Below, one piece after another: positions 48,059 to 57,931 of a DNA stretch of 64,000 nt (the first letter of the stretch is position 1; each line of letters begins with the position of its first letter). Below the pieces are notes generated by a model. The model was given only the letters and a program-made list of their open reading frames with translations. It was not told the origin of the DNA and did no database searches. The translations under genes and the position numbers were made by a program. The DNA comes from an uncultured Pseudomonadales bacterium (GTDB lineage Bacteria; Patescibacteriota; Microgenomatia; UBA1400; MFAQ01), in the NCBI GenBank assembly GCA_964487665.1, contig CAZARR010000002.1, forward strand, positions 8,597 to 72,596, read 5' to 3'.

Positions 48059-48798
48059 TTTGCCTCTCTCCCGGAAAAACCATCCCTCTCCACCATGTCG
48101 ACCAACTCACTTCCCCCATACCTAACCATATTTCCTTCTTTAAGTAAAAAAACCTTATCTGGTTCTAAATATTTAAGCAATCTTTGGTAATGTGTGATCA
48201 CCAATGTCCCCATTTGTTTATTTTTTACCAATGTACCAATTGCTTTCGCTACGACCCGCAGACCATCCACATCCAACCCTGAATCAACCTCATCGACAAT
48301 TGCGTATTTCGGTTTCATTATAATCATTTGTAACGTCTCCATTCTTTTCTTTTCTCCTCCAGAAAAACCATCGTTAATTCCGCGCTTAATCAAATCATCC
48401 TTAATTAACAATGATTTAGCCACCGATAACACCTCATTTTTCAAATCGATCGCCGTTGTCATTTTTCCGCCCTCCTCTTTTTGCCTTAATGCTGCCAACA
48501 TTAATTCTTTGACATTTACCCCAGGAATCGCCGTCGGGTACTGGGAAAGTAGAAATAACCCAGCCCTAGCCCGTTCATCCACACCCATTCTTGTAACATC
48601 TACGCTATCAATTTTGATTGATCCTTCTACAATCTGATAGTACGGATGCCCCGCAATAGTTAGCCCCAAACTCGACTTACCTGATCCATTCGGTCCCATC
48701 AACACCACCACCTCCCCCGATTTAATTTCCAAGGACACCGACTGGAGCACCCTTTTGCCACCCACGTCAACCGATAGATTTTTTACCAATAACGACAT
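48055..48798 (-). CDS. sufC: Fe-S cluster assembly ATPase SufC
   Basis: Walker [14 protein letters not shown] signature LSGGEKKR-like [12 protein letters not shown], Walker [12 protein letters not shown]. Confidence 0.95.
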   Translation of the reverse strand: MSLLVKNLSVDVGGKRVLQSVSLEIKSGEVVVLMGPNGSGKSSLGLTIAGHPYYQIVEGSIKIDSVDVTRMGVDERARAGLFLLSQYPTAIPGVNVKELMLAALRQKEEGGKMTTAIDLKNEVLSVAKSLLIKDDLIKRGINDGFSGGEKKRMETLQMIIMKPKYAIVDEVDSGLDVDGLRVVAKAIGTLVKNKQMGTLVITHYQRLLKYLEPDKVFLLKEGNMVRYGGSELVDMVERDGFSGREAK

Positions 48799-48815
48799 AA
48801 TTCCAATATGATACC

Positions 48816-49433
48816 CTATCCGAACAATCCCATCTGTTTTTCGAGCAATTGTTTTGCCTTTGCATAACCAAAATCAACTTTAACTTCTCTTGGCTCATTC
48901 CACCTATCCTTAAATTTCAATTTTCCATTCTGTTTACCGTAATCATAGATCCTTTTTGTAACCTCCACATCCATCTCACAATATCGCGCAAGCTTAGATA
49001 GACTAACCTCATCGCCTTTTTCCCACCAAACTACAGCATCGAATCCTGTCGCCAATTTGCTAATATTACCCAACGTCTCTTTTGCAATCGCATCCAACCC
49101 TATCCTTCTGCCAAATTCCCTCCTAACTTCCTCCAAAATATCAAAATGGGGCAACGAGGCAAAGATTCCCCGGTTGTAATAGACGGCCAAGGCTGGCACA
49201 TCAAAACCCTTTGAATTAAACCCAATTATCCGGTCTGCCTTTTCAAACCATGGCCACATTGCATCGAAATCCTTTTCAAAAAAACTCGCCATCTCCCCAC
49301 TACGCTCCTGATTGTACCTATCTACCTCCCGTTGATATGCCGACACCACACTTACCCCTAGTTTTCCCGGGTCGCGGCTATCAATATCACTGAAAAATTT
49401 CTTAGTTTCGACATCAAAAAATAGTTCAAGCAT
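48816..49433 (-). CDS. DEDD-type 3'-5' exonuclease-like protein (RNase H fold, PolB-exonuclease-related)
   Basis: Exo I LFFDVET, Exo II IGFNSKGFDVPAL, and Exo III-like YCEMDVEVTKRIY; 205 aa. Confidence 0.5.
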   Translation of the reverse strand: MLELFFDVETKKFFSDIDSRDPGKLGVSVVSAYQREVDRYNQERSGEMASFFEKDFDAMWPWFEKADRIIGFNSKGFDVPALAVYYNRGIFASLPHFDILEEVRREFGRRIGLDAIAKETLGNISKLATGFDAVVWWEKGDEVSLSKLARYCEMDVEVTKRIYDYGKQNGKLKFKDRWNEPREVKVDFGYAKAKQLLEKQMGLFG

Positions 49434-49442
49434 GGCTAAAAA

Positions 49443-50792
49443 TTATATCTCAAACTCGTCGTTCAAAACGGGTGTCTCAATCGACACACCAGTAAAATTT
49501 TTATCAATCTTGTCCCTTAATGTTTTTCTTGGTTCCTCGTCTCCATGCACCAGAAAAATCTTATTTACTCCATTAATGTGACCCAACCAATCTATTAGCT
49601 GGCCTTGATCAGCATGTGCACTCATACTGGCTGTTTCACGAACATTAGCTCTTACCTCAACGCGCACATCGCCAATTCTTACCATCAATGGTGTCCCAAC
49701 GTCTTGTTTTGTTCCATCCAAAATTGACCGCCCCAAGGTTCCCATTGCTTGGTAACCTACAAATAGCAGTCGGGTGTTCTCAAATGGTAACAATTTAATT
49801 GCATGACCCATAATCCGTCCTCCGGTCATCATCCCGCTACCGGCCAAAATCACTTTGGGCTCTTTGATCGCAAATATTCGTTTGCTCTCTTTGGGATTTC
49901 TCACCACAGTTAAACCAGGAAAATCAAATGGATCGTCAATTGCGCTATGGTTTTTAAGTTCGACGTTATACAAATACCGATATTCACGAAATATATCAGT
50001 AGCCTTTATTGCCATCGGGCTGTCCAAAAACACTCTAGTTCCATCTCTAATCTTTTTTGTCTTCTTCAGATGGTCGAGGTGGTGCAACAACTCCTGCGTC
50101 CGTTCCAAAGAAAAACTCGGAATCAACAATGCACCGCCAGATTTCTCAATCTCTCCAATTTCCTCTAACAATACTTGGCTGGGGTCTTCCTTCGGATGTA
50201 GCCTGTCACCATAGGTCGACTCCATCAATACTACTTGACCCTCGGTGGGGTACTCAGTCGGGCGAACCAGTGGCTGCGGAGTATTTCCCAAATCCCCAGA
50301 AAAGATGATCTTTTTACCTCCACAATTCATCTCAACGCTTGCCGACCCCAAAATATGTCCTGCATCCCAAAAACAAAAACTATCGCCATCACCCAAATCA
50401 GCACTCTGGTGATAGTCAATTCCTTTAATCAAGGAGGTAACTTTCTCGACATCCCCCTCGGTATACAAAACCATTCCATTTCTATCTTCCTTGGCTATTT
50501 TGGCACTATCCCGAAGAACCAAATCCACCAACTCAGTCGAGGGTAAAGTCGTATAGATTGGTCCTTGATACCCCCACCGGCTCAGAAGTGGTAGTCTGCC
50601 ACAATGGTCCAGGTGTGCGTGGGTGACTATCACCGCCTTTAAACCTACTACCATTTGCGAAAGGTCTGCACTATTCAGCTCTGCCGAATCTCTACCGCCC
50701 TGAAATATTCCAAAGTCTACCAAAATCCGACTATCCAAAAGATAACTCGACCCTGTCACCATCCCGGCCGCACCCAAAAATCGCAGTAACAT
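49443..50792 (-). CDS. beta-CASP family metallo-beta-lactamase-fold RNase (CPSF73/YSH1/RNase J-like)
   Basis: MBL motif THAHLDHCG plus downstream beta-CASP Asp/His motifs; 449 aa. Confidence 0.8.
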   Translation of the reverse strand: MLLRFLGAAGMVTGSSYLLDSRILVDFGIFQGGRDSAELNSADLSQMVVGLKAVIVTHAHLDHCGRLPLLSRWGYQGPIYTTLPSTELVDLVLRDSAKIAKEDRNGMVLYTEGDVEKVTSLIKGIDYHQSADLGDGDSFCFWDAGHILGSASVEMNCGGKKIIFSGDLGNTPQPLVRPTEYPTEGQVVLMESTYGDRLHPKEDPSQVLLEEIGEIEKSGGALLIPSFSLERTQELLHHLDHLKKTKKIRDGTRVFLDSPMAIKATDIFREYRYLYNVELKNHSAIDDPFDFPGLTVVRNPKESKRIFAIKEPKVILAGSGMMTGGRIMGHAIKLLPFENTRLLFVGYQAMGTLGRSILDGTKQDVGTPLMVRIGDVRVEVRANVRETASMSAHADQGQLIDWLGHINGVNKIFLVHGDEEPRKTLRDKIDKNFTGVSIETPVLNDEFEI

Positions 50793-50807
50793 TCATTCAG
50801 TTTAACA

Positions 50808-51101
50808 TCAGAAGCCAAATCTCGGCTCTCTCGGTTTAGCGATGTTGCACACCAGATTTCTCCCCAACACTTCCTTCCCGCTAAATACCTCTACAGCCCG
50901 CTGAGCTTCGGCCTGATTAACCATTGTTACGAACCCAAAACCTTTACTTCTTTCCTGATCACCGTTTTCCATCATCACCACTGCATCATCCACTTTTCCA
51001 TACTCAGAAAACATCTTATAAAGGTCATCGGACCTTAAAGAAAAGGGCAAATTACCCACATACAATCTAATTTCGCTTTTTTGTCCATTAAAACCACTCA
51101 C
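50808..51101 (-). CDS. RRM-domain RNA-binding protein
   Basis: RNP-2 LYVGNL and RNP-1 KGFGFVTM; a GTG start at 51101 is preceded by GGAGG 10 nt upstream. Confidence 0.85.
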   Translation of the reverse strand: MSGFNGQKSEIRLYVGNLPFSLRSDDLYKMFSEYGKVDDAVVMMENGDQERSKGFGFVTMVNQAEAQRAVEVFSGKEVLGRNLVCNIAKPREPRFGF

Positions 51102-51148
51102 GGCAAAGTCACCTCCTTAGCTCCCGCTATTATATACTAATATCCGCC

Positions 51149-51898
51149 ATGAACTGCCCCCAATGTTTGCATTTTTTTTCTACCACCCCAGTTCACTTGC
51201 CTGACCATGAAGAAATTAACATCTATGAATGTTTCTACTGCGGAGGACACTTTCTTCCCCCATTAATTGCCAACCTTATCGACAAACACCAAGCCAAAAA
51301 TATTGACTCGGTCATTCCCAAGGCAAATATTCCATACCCCACCTCACCAGATTGTCCCATCTGTCGGCAGCGCCTTATTGCCATCAGTGCGGACTCCGTT
51401 CCTCGCTCGATTATCGTCTATGCCTGCCCCAGTGACCACGGTCATTACTTTCCCTCAAGAGAATTCTACAAATTTAAAATAGCCCAAGAGGCAAAGATAA
51501 CCTACCACCAACTTTGGGGAATACCCATCAAATCGGCCTTTGCTGTTATCTTGCCAGTACTTTTCTTTACTCTTGCCGTCTCGATGGGACCTACTACCGT
51601 AAACTACTTCAAAGCGCGCCAAGAGTCTCGTGTCAGTGCCTCATCACCAGTTAGCCATCCGTTGATCATAGTCCAGGACAATAACCAAGTTATTATCTCT
51701 TTTACTACCAAGACTCCAACAACATCACACATTCTTCTTTCTTCACCCAACCAAGGTACCAGCAACATTACAGTCTCCTCAACACCTCGCACTAGTCATG
51801 TCATCACCACTGAAACACTAATGACCAAAACACAATATCAGTTTACTATCTCCACCCCCGACTTCACCTCAGAAACCTACACCTTCCTCACCAACTAA
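51149..51898 (+). CDS. zinc-ribbon membrane protein, hypothetical
   Basis: Two Cys4 knuckle pairs (NCPQC..CFYCGG; CPICRQ..ACPSDHGH), one TM helix, and a Thr/Ser-rich beta-strand-like C-terminal region. Confidence 0.4.
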   Translation: MNCPQCLHFFSTTPVHLPDHEEINIYECFYCGGHFLPPLIANLIDKHQAKNIDSVIPKANIPYPTSPDCPICRQRLIAISADSVPRSIIVYACPSDHGHYFPSREFYKFKIAQEAKITYHQLWGIPIKSAFAVILPVLFFTLAVSMGPTTVNYFKARQESRVSASSPVSHPLIIVQDNNQVIISFTTKTPTTSHILLSSPNQGTSNITVSSTPRTSHVITTETLMTKTQYQFTISTPDFTSETYTFLTN

Positions 51899-52636
51899 CT
51901 ACGCCCCCATCATATAGTCGTGCATCTCCCAAAACTTACCCTGTTCTCCCGCGCATTCACTCGCTTCTGCCGATTTCTGCGCATAAGAATGGAAAGGCAA
52001 CGGGTTATGTCTATACTCAACACTTAACTGGCTGCCATACTTCTTTTCCAATGCCTGAGTAGTCGGAAAAGCCCTCTTACAAAATGGGCACTCAAAATCC
52101 GAGAACTCCACCATCTTAACCTTGGCATTCTTATCTCCACGCACATAGCCTACATTTGTTTTCACACTTACTCTGGCTGAAGAATTACCCCCAACCTTAT
52201 CACCAGAACCGTTCTTAATCTCTGCGTCAATTATTTTTTCAAATTCCCCCTGCGGCTGAGCACCAACCAACATAACCCCATTAATAAAAAAGCTTGGTGT
52301 GCCAGACACCCCCAAAGACCCACCATACGCCAAGTCGTCTTTTACCTTCTGTTCATATTTTCCCGAATCTAAACAAAAATCAAACTTATCTCCATCCATA
52401 CCCAAATTTCGCGCCTGCATCTTCAAATTCGAAACCTGCAGCGGTGACGGTGCAGCTGAACCATTCCCTGCCTGTTGTGCCGTCGGCGCCGTGGGGGCGA
52501 CACCTTTCTGTAACAAATCAACCTGAGAAGACAATCGACCTACCCAAAATGCCCCACCTATAAGCAACGCCACCACAATTGGGGGGTACAACCATGCAAT
52601 TGGATTCTGATTTGAAACTGTTTGTTTTTCACTCAT
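51899..52636 (-). CDS. DsbA-like thioredoxin-fold protein with apparently circularly permuted domain order, membrane-anchored
   Basis: After the TM anchor comes the segment that is normally C-terminal (GVSGTPSFFINGVMLVGAQPQGEFEKII), then a Gly-rich linker, then the normally N-terminal half (AKVKMVEFSDFECPFCKR ... RHNPLPFH ... GKFWEMHD), then the stop. The start is the ATG at 52636 (AAGGGA SD upstream) rather than the track start 52717. Confidence 0.6.
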   Translation of the reverse strand: MSEKQTVSNQNPIAWLYPPIVVALLIGGAFWVGRLSSQVDLLQKGVAPTAPTAQQAGNGSAAPSPLQVSNLKMQARNLGMDGDKFDFCLDSGKYEQKVKDDLAYGGSLGVSGTPSFFINGVMLVGAQPQGEFEKIIDAEIKNGSGDKVGGNSSARVSVKTNVGYVRGDKNAKVKMVEFSDFECPFCKRAFPTTQALEKKYGSQLSVEYRHNPLPFHSYAQKSAEASECAGEQGKFWEMHDYMMGA

Positions 52637-52676
52637 CGTCCCTTGATAATACCATAAGTTTATAATTGCTCTCAAC

Positions 52677-53663
52677 ATGGCCAACCCCCGCTGGATCAAG
52701 AACCTCGCCTTCGCCAATTACTTCGAAATTTTACTGATTACCGCCACAATTACCGTCATATCGACAAGAATATTTTTGCAGACCACCCATTTTCAGTTGT
52801 CTCCCGGCGACTTACACATTGCTCACGTTCTTTGGGGGGGTCTATTTATGTTTATCAGTATTTTTCTCCTCCTCGGTTTTCTGAACAAATCGACAATGTT
52901 GCTAGGAAGCCTATTCGGGGGGGTTGGTTTTGGACTATTTGTCGACGAAATAGGTAAGTTTGTCACCAAGGACAATAATTATTTCTATCAGCCAGCTGTT
53001 GCCCTAGTGTACTGCGTCTTCGTTGTTATTTACCTTGTTTTTAATTATTTAAACAAAAAACCCATTTCCACCGACACCGAATACCTTTCCAATGCCATTG
53101 AGGGTATCAAACATCTCTATACCGATGAACCAACATCCGACAGAGTCGAGTCGATTCGTAAATTACTTTCTTTAGCCAAACAGAACCTACACTCCCGCCT
53201 ACTCGCACAATTTGTCAGTTCCATTTCCCCAAAAACACCATCTTCCTCCAAAAGAATTACCTCCACCCTCAAACATCTCTATCACTTACTTAAAATCAGT
53301 CGCTCTCCCCGCAGGTTGTCAATTCTCGTCACTATTTATTTTTCATTACACTCCCTGATCAACCTTGGCCAAACAATCATTACCACCTGGCAACCACGAT
53401 CGGGGGTTTCTCAGTGGGGGGAGTGGTTATCAACCTTGGTGGCCAACGGTCTAGTACTTTTTGGGCTAATTCGGTTACGCAAATCTCGTCTCGCATCCTA
53501 CAAAATTTTAAAAACCTCAATCCTCATCTCCATTTTTATCACCCAAATTTTTACCTTTTATCTTGACCAGCTTTCAGCCCTCTTCGGTCTGGCTATCAAC
53601 TTGGTTTCACTAATCGGGATTAACTATCTCATTGACACACGAACCAAATTTGCCTATTCTTAA
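52677..53663 (+). CDS. hypothetical polytopic membrane protein
   Basis: Multiple predicted TM helices and no recognisable motif; 328 aa. Confidence 0.4.
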   Translation: MANPRWIKNLAFANYFEILLITATITVISTRIFLQTTHFQLSPGDLHIAHVLWGGLFMFISIFLLLGFLNKSTMLLGSLFGGVGFGLFVDEIGKFVTKDNNYFYQPAVALVYCVFVVIYLVFNYLNKKPISTDTEYLSNAIEGIKHLYTDEPTSDRVESIRKLLSLAKQNLHSRLLAQFVSSISPKTPSSSKRITSTLKHLYHLLKISRSPRRLSILVTIYFSLHSLINLGQTIITTWQPRSGVSQWGEWLSTLVANGLVLFGLIRLRKSRLASYKILKTSILISIFITQIFTFYLDQLSALFGLAINLVSLIGINYLIDTRTKFAYS

Positions 53664-53672
53664 CTAACTGAC

Positions 53673-54149
53673 ATGAATAAAAAAACCCTTGCTGTATTGT
53701 CGCTCATCTGCTTACTTTCCTTAGGTCTCACCTACAAAACCTTATTCTCCAGCAAAAAACAAAACACCACACCCATAGCTAACCCGACCAACTTTCAAGA
53801 TTTATCTAACCAGGCTGTCCAAGGTGGACCCCGCGATAACCCTGAGGAGGCATACAAAACCTATTCCCACGACGCTTTCGTCAAGGATCCTGCCAAAAAA
53901 CGAGTCATCTTTTTCACCTCCCCCTCCTGCACTAGTTGCAAGCCAATCGAAAAAGAACTTACCGATTCCAAAGCTAGCATTCCCACTGACTACACAATAT
54001 TTGTCGCCGACCTCACTCAAGAAAAAGACCTAGCCGCCAAACTCGGGGTAAATTACCAACACACTTTTGTCGTTGTCGACCAAAACGGACAAAAAACCCT
54101 CAGTTGGAATGGGGGAGGTTTGCGCGAACTCCTCATTAACCTAAGATAA
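53673..54149 (+). CDS. secreted thioredoxin-like protein (CxxC)
   Basis: Signal peptide/anchor, then VIFFTSPSCTSCKP, a thioredoxin-fold CxxC in the expected context; 158 aa. Confidence 0.6.
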   Translation: MNKKTLAVLSLICLLSLGLTYKTLFSSKKQNTTPIANPTNFQDLSNQAVQGGPRDNPEEAYKTYSHDAFVKDPAKKRVIFFTSPSCTSCKPIEKELTDSKASIPTDYTIFVADLTQEKDLAAKLGVNYQHTFVVVDQNGQKTLSWNGGGLRELLINLR

Positions 54150-54915
54150 ACACAGCCAAATACAACAGTCCCACCAGAATTCGATAATATCCGAACCTTT
54201 TTAAGTCCCCTCTAGAAACGTACGACAAAAAAGCCTTCACCACGACCAACGCGCAGACAAAAGCCACCACAAAACCCAAAATCAATATTTGCACCTGTTT
54301 GCTGCCAAAAGAACCCGCACTCCTTACCAAATCAAGCCCTGTCGCCGCAAACATTGTTGGCAGGGACAACAAAAAAGAGAACTCTACCGCCTGCTTCCTC
54401 GTCAGACCCATTACCATTCCTCCGATTATCGTCGCTGCCGCTCGAGACACGCCTGGAATGACAGACAAAGATTGGAACAGTCCAATGGAAACCAGTTTTT
54501 TTTTGTCCAGTTTGTCGATGTCGCTAACTCCCGGACCCCTAGATCGCCCATTCGACTCAAACCATAGTATAAAAACCCCCCCCAACATCAAAGTTACTGC
54601 CACCAACACATCACTACCCAACAAGTATTGCTTAACAACTGGGTACAACAAAAGACCAACAAGCCCGGTTGGTAAAAACGCCACCACAATTTTCCACCAC
54701 CATTGCTTATGCCGCCACAAGGTATTTGCGTACAAACATGCCACCGCCAAAACTGCCCCCAATTGGATAAAAATTTCAAATGTCTTCACAAAGTCTGTCG
54801 AAGTAATCCCCAACAGCCGACCTACCAAAATCATATGTCCCGTCGAAGACACAGGGAGAAATTCAGTCAGCCCTTCGACTACTGCTAATACCACCGCCTG
54901 ATACCAAGTCAACAT
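54136..54915 (-). CDS. uppP: undecaprenyl-diphosphatase
   Basis: VVEGLTEFLPVSSTGH and the second motif around SRSGATI-like PGVSRAAATIIGG; 259 aa. Confidence 0.9.
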   Translation of the reverse strand: MLTWYQAVVLAVVEGLTEFLPVSSTGHMILVGRLLGITSTDFVKTFEIFIQLGAVLAVACLYANTLWRHKQWWWKIVVAFLPTGLVGLLLYPVVKQYLLGSDVLVAVTLMLGGVFILWFESNGRSRGPGVSDIDKLDKKKLVSIGLFQSLSVIPGVSRAAATIIGGMVMGLTRKQAVEFSFLLSLPTMFAATGLDLVRSAGSFGSKQVQILILGFVVAFVCALVVVKAFLSYVSRGDLKRFGYYRILVGLLYLAVFILG

Positions 54916-54961
54916 CGCTTTAGCTAGTGTACCACCCTCAAATACCCGGTATTATTAATGT

Positions 54962-56782
54962 ATGAGGTTCCCCAAATCAGCCAACGCTCCCCAAGGCCTA
55001 GGCAATCTTTGGCGTGTCTACCTGAGCACCCAAAAGCTCATTTGGAATATTGACCACAAATTAGCCGCCGGTCTTGCTATTTCCAGTATTATTACCGGTT
55101 TACTTAATTACCCCCGAATTTTAATCACCAAAGCCTATCTAGATACCATTGTGGCGGCTATCAAAGTCGGCTCCCCACAACCATATTTTCTCACTCTTAT
55201 TTGGCTTACCCTGGGGAACTTGGCCATTAGCCAAATTGATAGCTACCTCAACAATTATAGTGGCAATAGTGAGCGTCTTTTAAACAGAATACTTCAAACC
55301 AAAGTCGGTATTAACATTGCCCGAAAACTTAACACTATTCCCGTTTCCGAAGCTGAAAAACCAGAAGTTCGCGATTTATCTCAAAGAGTCAATGACAACC
55401 TAAGTAGTCTCTGGCGGTTGCAACAAACAGTTAGTAACATACCAGAAACATTCTTTACCATTGTTTCCACCCTCATTCCTCTTATCACATATCTCCCCCT
55501 ATCAATCATCCCTGCCATCATCCTCGCTATTCCCGATATCATTATTGGCAACAAATACGCCAAAATCGGTTATGCCATCCGCTCCAAAAATGCCGCCCTC
55601 TGGCGCCTGTGGACTGCTTTCGAAGATTTTACCCTCAAAGGTCGCTATCTCTACGAAAACAAAATCCTTCGCCACACCGAGATCCTTTTTAAACGAGAAA
55701 ACAAAATCGCTCATAGAGTTTTTCTTGAGGATTTCAAACTCGATCTCGAAGCTACTCGAAAAAGACAAGGCACCAGATTTGTTATGGATCTGTTCGAACT
55801 TATCACAACCTTGTACTTGTTTACCCGAGCAGCTTACCAAACAATTTCCCTCGGTACTGCCCAGATTGCTATCCAATCAATCAGAAGTTTTATCGGCAGA
55901 CTTTCCTTCCTCATCCGTCAATGTAGTTCCCTTGTCGAGGACTACCTCTTTATCCAGGACTACGAAAAACTAATGTCTATCCCCGACGAGGAACCGCACA
56001 AGGGAGTTCACTTTCCAGCGAGGATAACTTATGGCCTAGAATTCCGCCACGTTTGGTTTAAATATGGACAAAACCCCCACTGGACCATCAAAGATATCTC
56101 TTTTGTCCTCGATCCCACCGACAATCTAGCCATCGTAGGTCAAAATGGAGCTGGCAAATCAACCCTGATAAAACTTATCTGCCGCTTTTACCAGCCCCAA
56201 CGCGGAGAAATCCTTCTTAATGGTAAAAACATTAACGACTATTCACTGTCTGAATACCAGCACCACCTTTCTGCCCTTTTTCAAGATTTTGCCCAATACC
56301 CATTCAACGCTCGAGATAATATCGCCTTTGGTGATATTATCAAGAAATCGGCTATTAGCGACATTCGCCAAGCCGCGAAACTTACCGGAATTGACGACTT
56401 TATTTTGTCCCTTCCCCACAAATACAAAAACTCGCTCGACAAGGAATTCAAAGGCGGAATTGAACCCTCCAAGGGCCAATGGCAACGTATTGCCCTGGCT
56501 CGAGCGCTATATCGCGACTCAGTCATTATCATTCTCGACGAACCAACCTCGAACGTTGATCCCGAGTCCGAAGAAGAAATCTTTCAGCGTCTTCTTCGAG
56601 TTGCTCAAAACAAAATGGTCATTCTTGTTTCCCATCGCTTCAGCACCGTCCGCCGGGCTGACAAAATATTAGTCCTCGAAGATGGTCGCGTCATCGAATA
56701 CGACAACCATACTAATCTAATTAGACATCGTGGCCGTTACCATCAGCTTTTTACTGCTCAGGCCAAAAATTATCAACAGTGA
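54962..56782 (+). CDS. ABC transporter, fused permease/ATP-binding (type I exporter, MsbA-like)
   Basis: 6-TM N-terminal domain; Walker A GQNGAGKSTL, a degenerate signature PSKGQWQRIALARAL, Walker B IIILDEPTS, and the H-loop. Confidence 0.9.
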   Translation: MRFPKSANAPQGLGNLWRVYLSTQKLIWNIDHKLAAGLAISSIITGLLNYPRILITKAYLDTIVAAIKVGSPQPYFLTLIWLTLGNLAISQIDSYLNNYSGNSERLLNRILQTKVGINIARKLNTIPVSEAEKPEVRDLSQRVNDNLSSLWRLQQTVSNIPETFFTIVSTLIPLITYLPLSIIPAIILAIPDIIIGNKYAKIGYAIRSKNAALWRLWTAFEDFTLKGRYLYENKILRHTEILFKRENKIAHRVFLEDFKLDLEATRKRQGTRFVMDLFELITTLYLFTRAAYQTISLGTAQIAIQSIRSFIGRLSFLIRQCSSLVEDYLFIQDYEKLMSIPDEEPHKGVHFPARITYGLEFRHVWFKYGQNPHWTIKDISFVLDPTDNLAIVGQNGAGKSTLIKLICRFYQPQRGEILLNGKNINDYSLSEYQHHLSALFQDFAQYPFNARDNIAFGDIIKKSAISDIRQAAKLTGIDDFILSLPHKYKNSLDKEFKGGIEPSKGQWQRIALARALYRDSVIIILDEPTSNVDPESEEEIFQRLLRVAQNKMVILVSHRFSTVRRADKILVLEDGRVIEYDNHTNLIRHRGRYHQLFTAQAKNYQQ

Positions 56783-57921
56783 CTAGCTCAACCGTAAGAC
56801 TATTCATTCTTCAGTTCCTGATCGCTACCCTTATTTTTCTTGCCCATTATTTTATCGTCGGTCAGGCAGTTTACGGTGACGGTCGTATCTATTATGCCTA
56901 TGCAGTCTCACTATATTTTGACCATGATCTGGACACTCGCAATCAACTTCCTCAACTACCGGAATTATCAAATCCAAGCCACCCCATCGGAAGCGGTCTA
57001 GCCTATCTACCACCCCTCATCCTAGCTAACTTCGTCAGCAATCTATTCTCACTTAATTTACCTCCCCTTTCTCATCTTTATCAAATTACCACCGGTCTCT
57101 ATTTAGTTTTCCTCTCTTCTATTGGTCTTTACCTTACCTACCGTACCCTTACTCGATTTTTCTCGGCAACAACATCACTGCTGGCTCTGACCACTCTCTG
57201 GCTTACCACTAATTTATTTTTTTACACCGCGATCGACCTTCTCAACTCTCACCCTGTGTCATTTTTTCTCGCCTCCCTGACATTAAACATTGCCACTAGT
57301 AAAAAAATTACCAATAAACACGTCTATCTCATTGCGTTGCTCACAGGTTTTGCCACTTCCGTCCGCGACCAAGATATTATCAGCTACCTACCGTTACTGT
57401 TTTTATCACTATACAAACTAAACCATGTGACCAAGCTCAAAAATATGATTTTTTCAACTTCTCTTTCGCTATTACTGATCTTTGTCGGACTTCTTCCACA
57501 AACTATTTTTCGCCTAACCTACCACCATCAACTTACTTCTACCTGGCTCAGTCCGACTAATTGGGACATATTTCACCCAAAAATTATCAACCTTTTAGTT
57601 GGACCAGAACGCGGCTTACTTTTCTATTCGCCCTTAATATTCGCAGCGCTTTGGGGACTATCCAAATGGAAACATCAACTTGCCAAAGTTGGCACAATTA
57701 CCTTCACTCTTCAATTCCTCCTTATCTCCGTCTGGTGGGCTTGGCACCAAGGAGCTTCCTATGGTATCCGTATGCTGATATCCACCTACCCACTCATCAG
57801 TCTAGGGATGGGTTATTTTTTCTCGCGTCTCTCTGTCAACTTTTCAAAACTGCTTATCATCTTTTTTACCATCCTCAACCTATCCACAATTCTATGTTTT
57901 TTACTCTTCACGACCACGTAG
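56779..57921 (+). CDS. polytopic membrane protein, possibly GT-C-fold glycosyltransferase-like
   Basis: About 10 TM helices with an acidic first extracytoplasmic loop (YFDHDLDTRNQ), as in ArnT/PMT-type GT-C enzymes. The assignment is weak. Confidence 0.3.
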   Translation: MTSSTVRLFILQFLIATLIFLAHYFIVGQAVYGDGRIYYAYAVSLYFDHDLDTRNQLPQLPELSNPSHPIGSGLAYLPPLILANFVSNLFSLNLPPLSHLYQITTGLYLVFLSSIGLYLTYRTLTRFFSATTSLLALTTLWLTTNLFFYTAIDLLNSHPVSFFLASLTLNIATSKKITNKHVYLIALLTGFATSVRDQDIISYLPLLFLSLYKLNHVTKLKNMIFSTSLSLLLIFVGLLPQTIFRLTYHHQLTSTWLSPTNWDIFHPKIINLLVGPERGLLFYSPLIFAALWGLSKWKHQLAKVGTITFTLQFLLISVWWAWHQGASYGIRMLISTYPLISLGMGYFFSRLSVNFSKLLIIFFTILNLSTILCFLLFTTT

Positions 57922-57931
57922 ATATTCTAGG

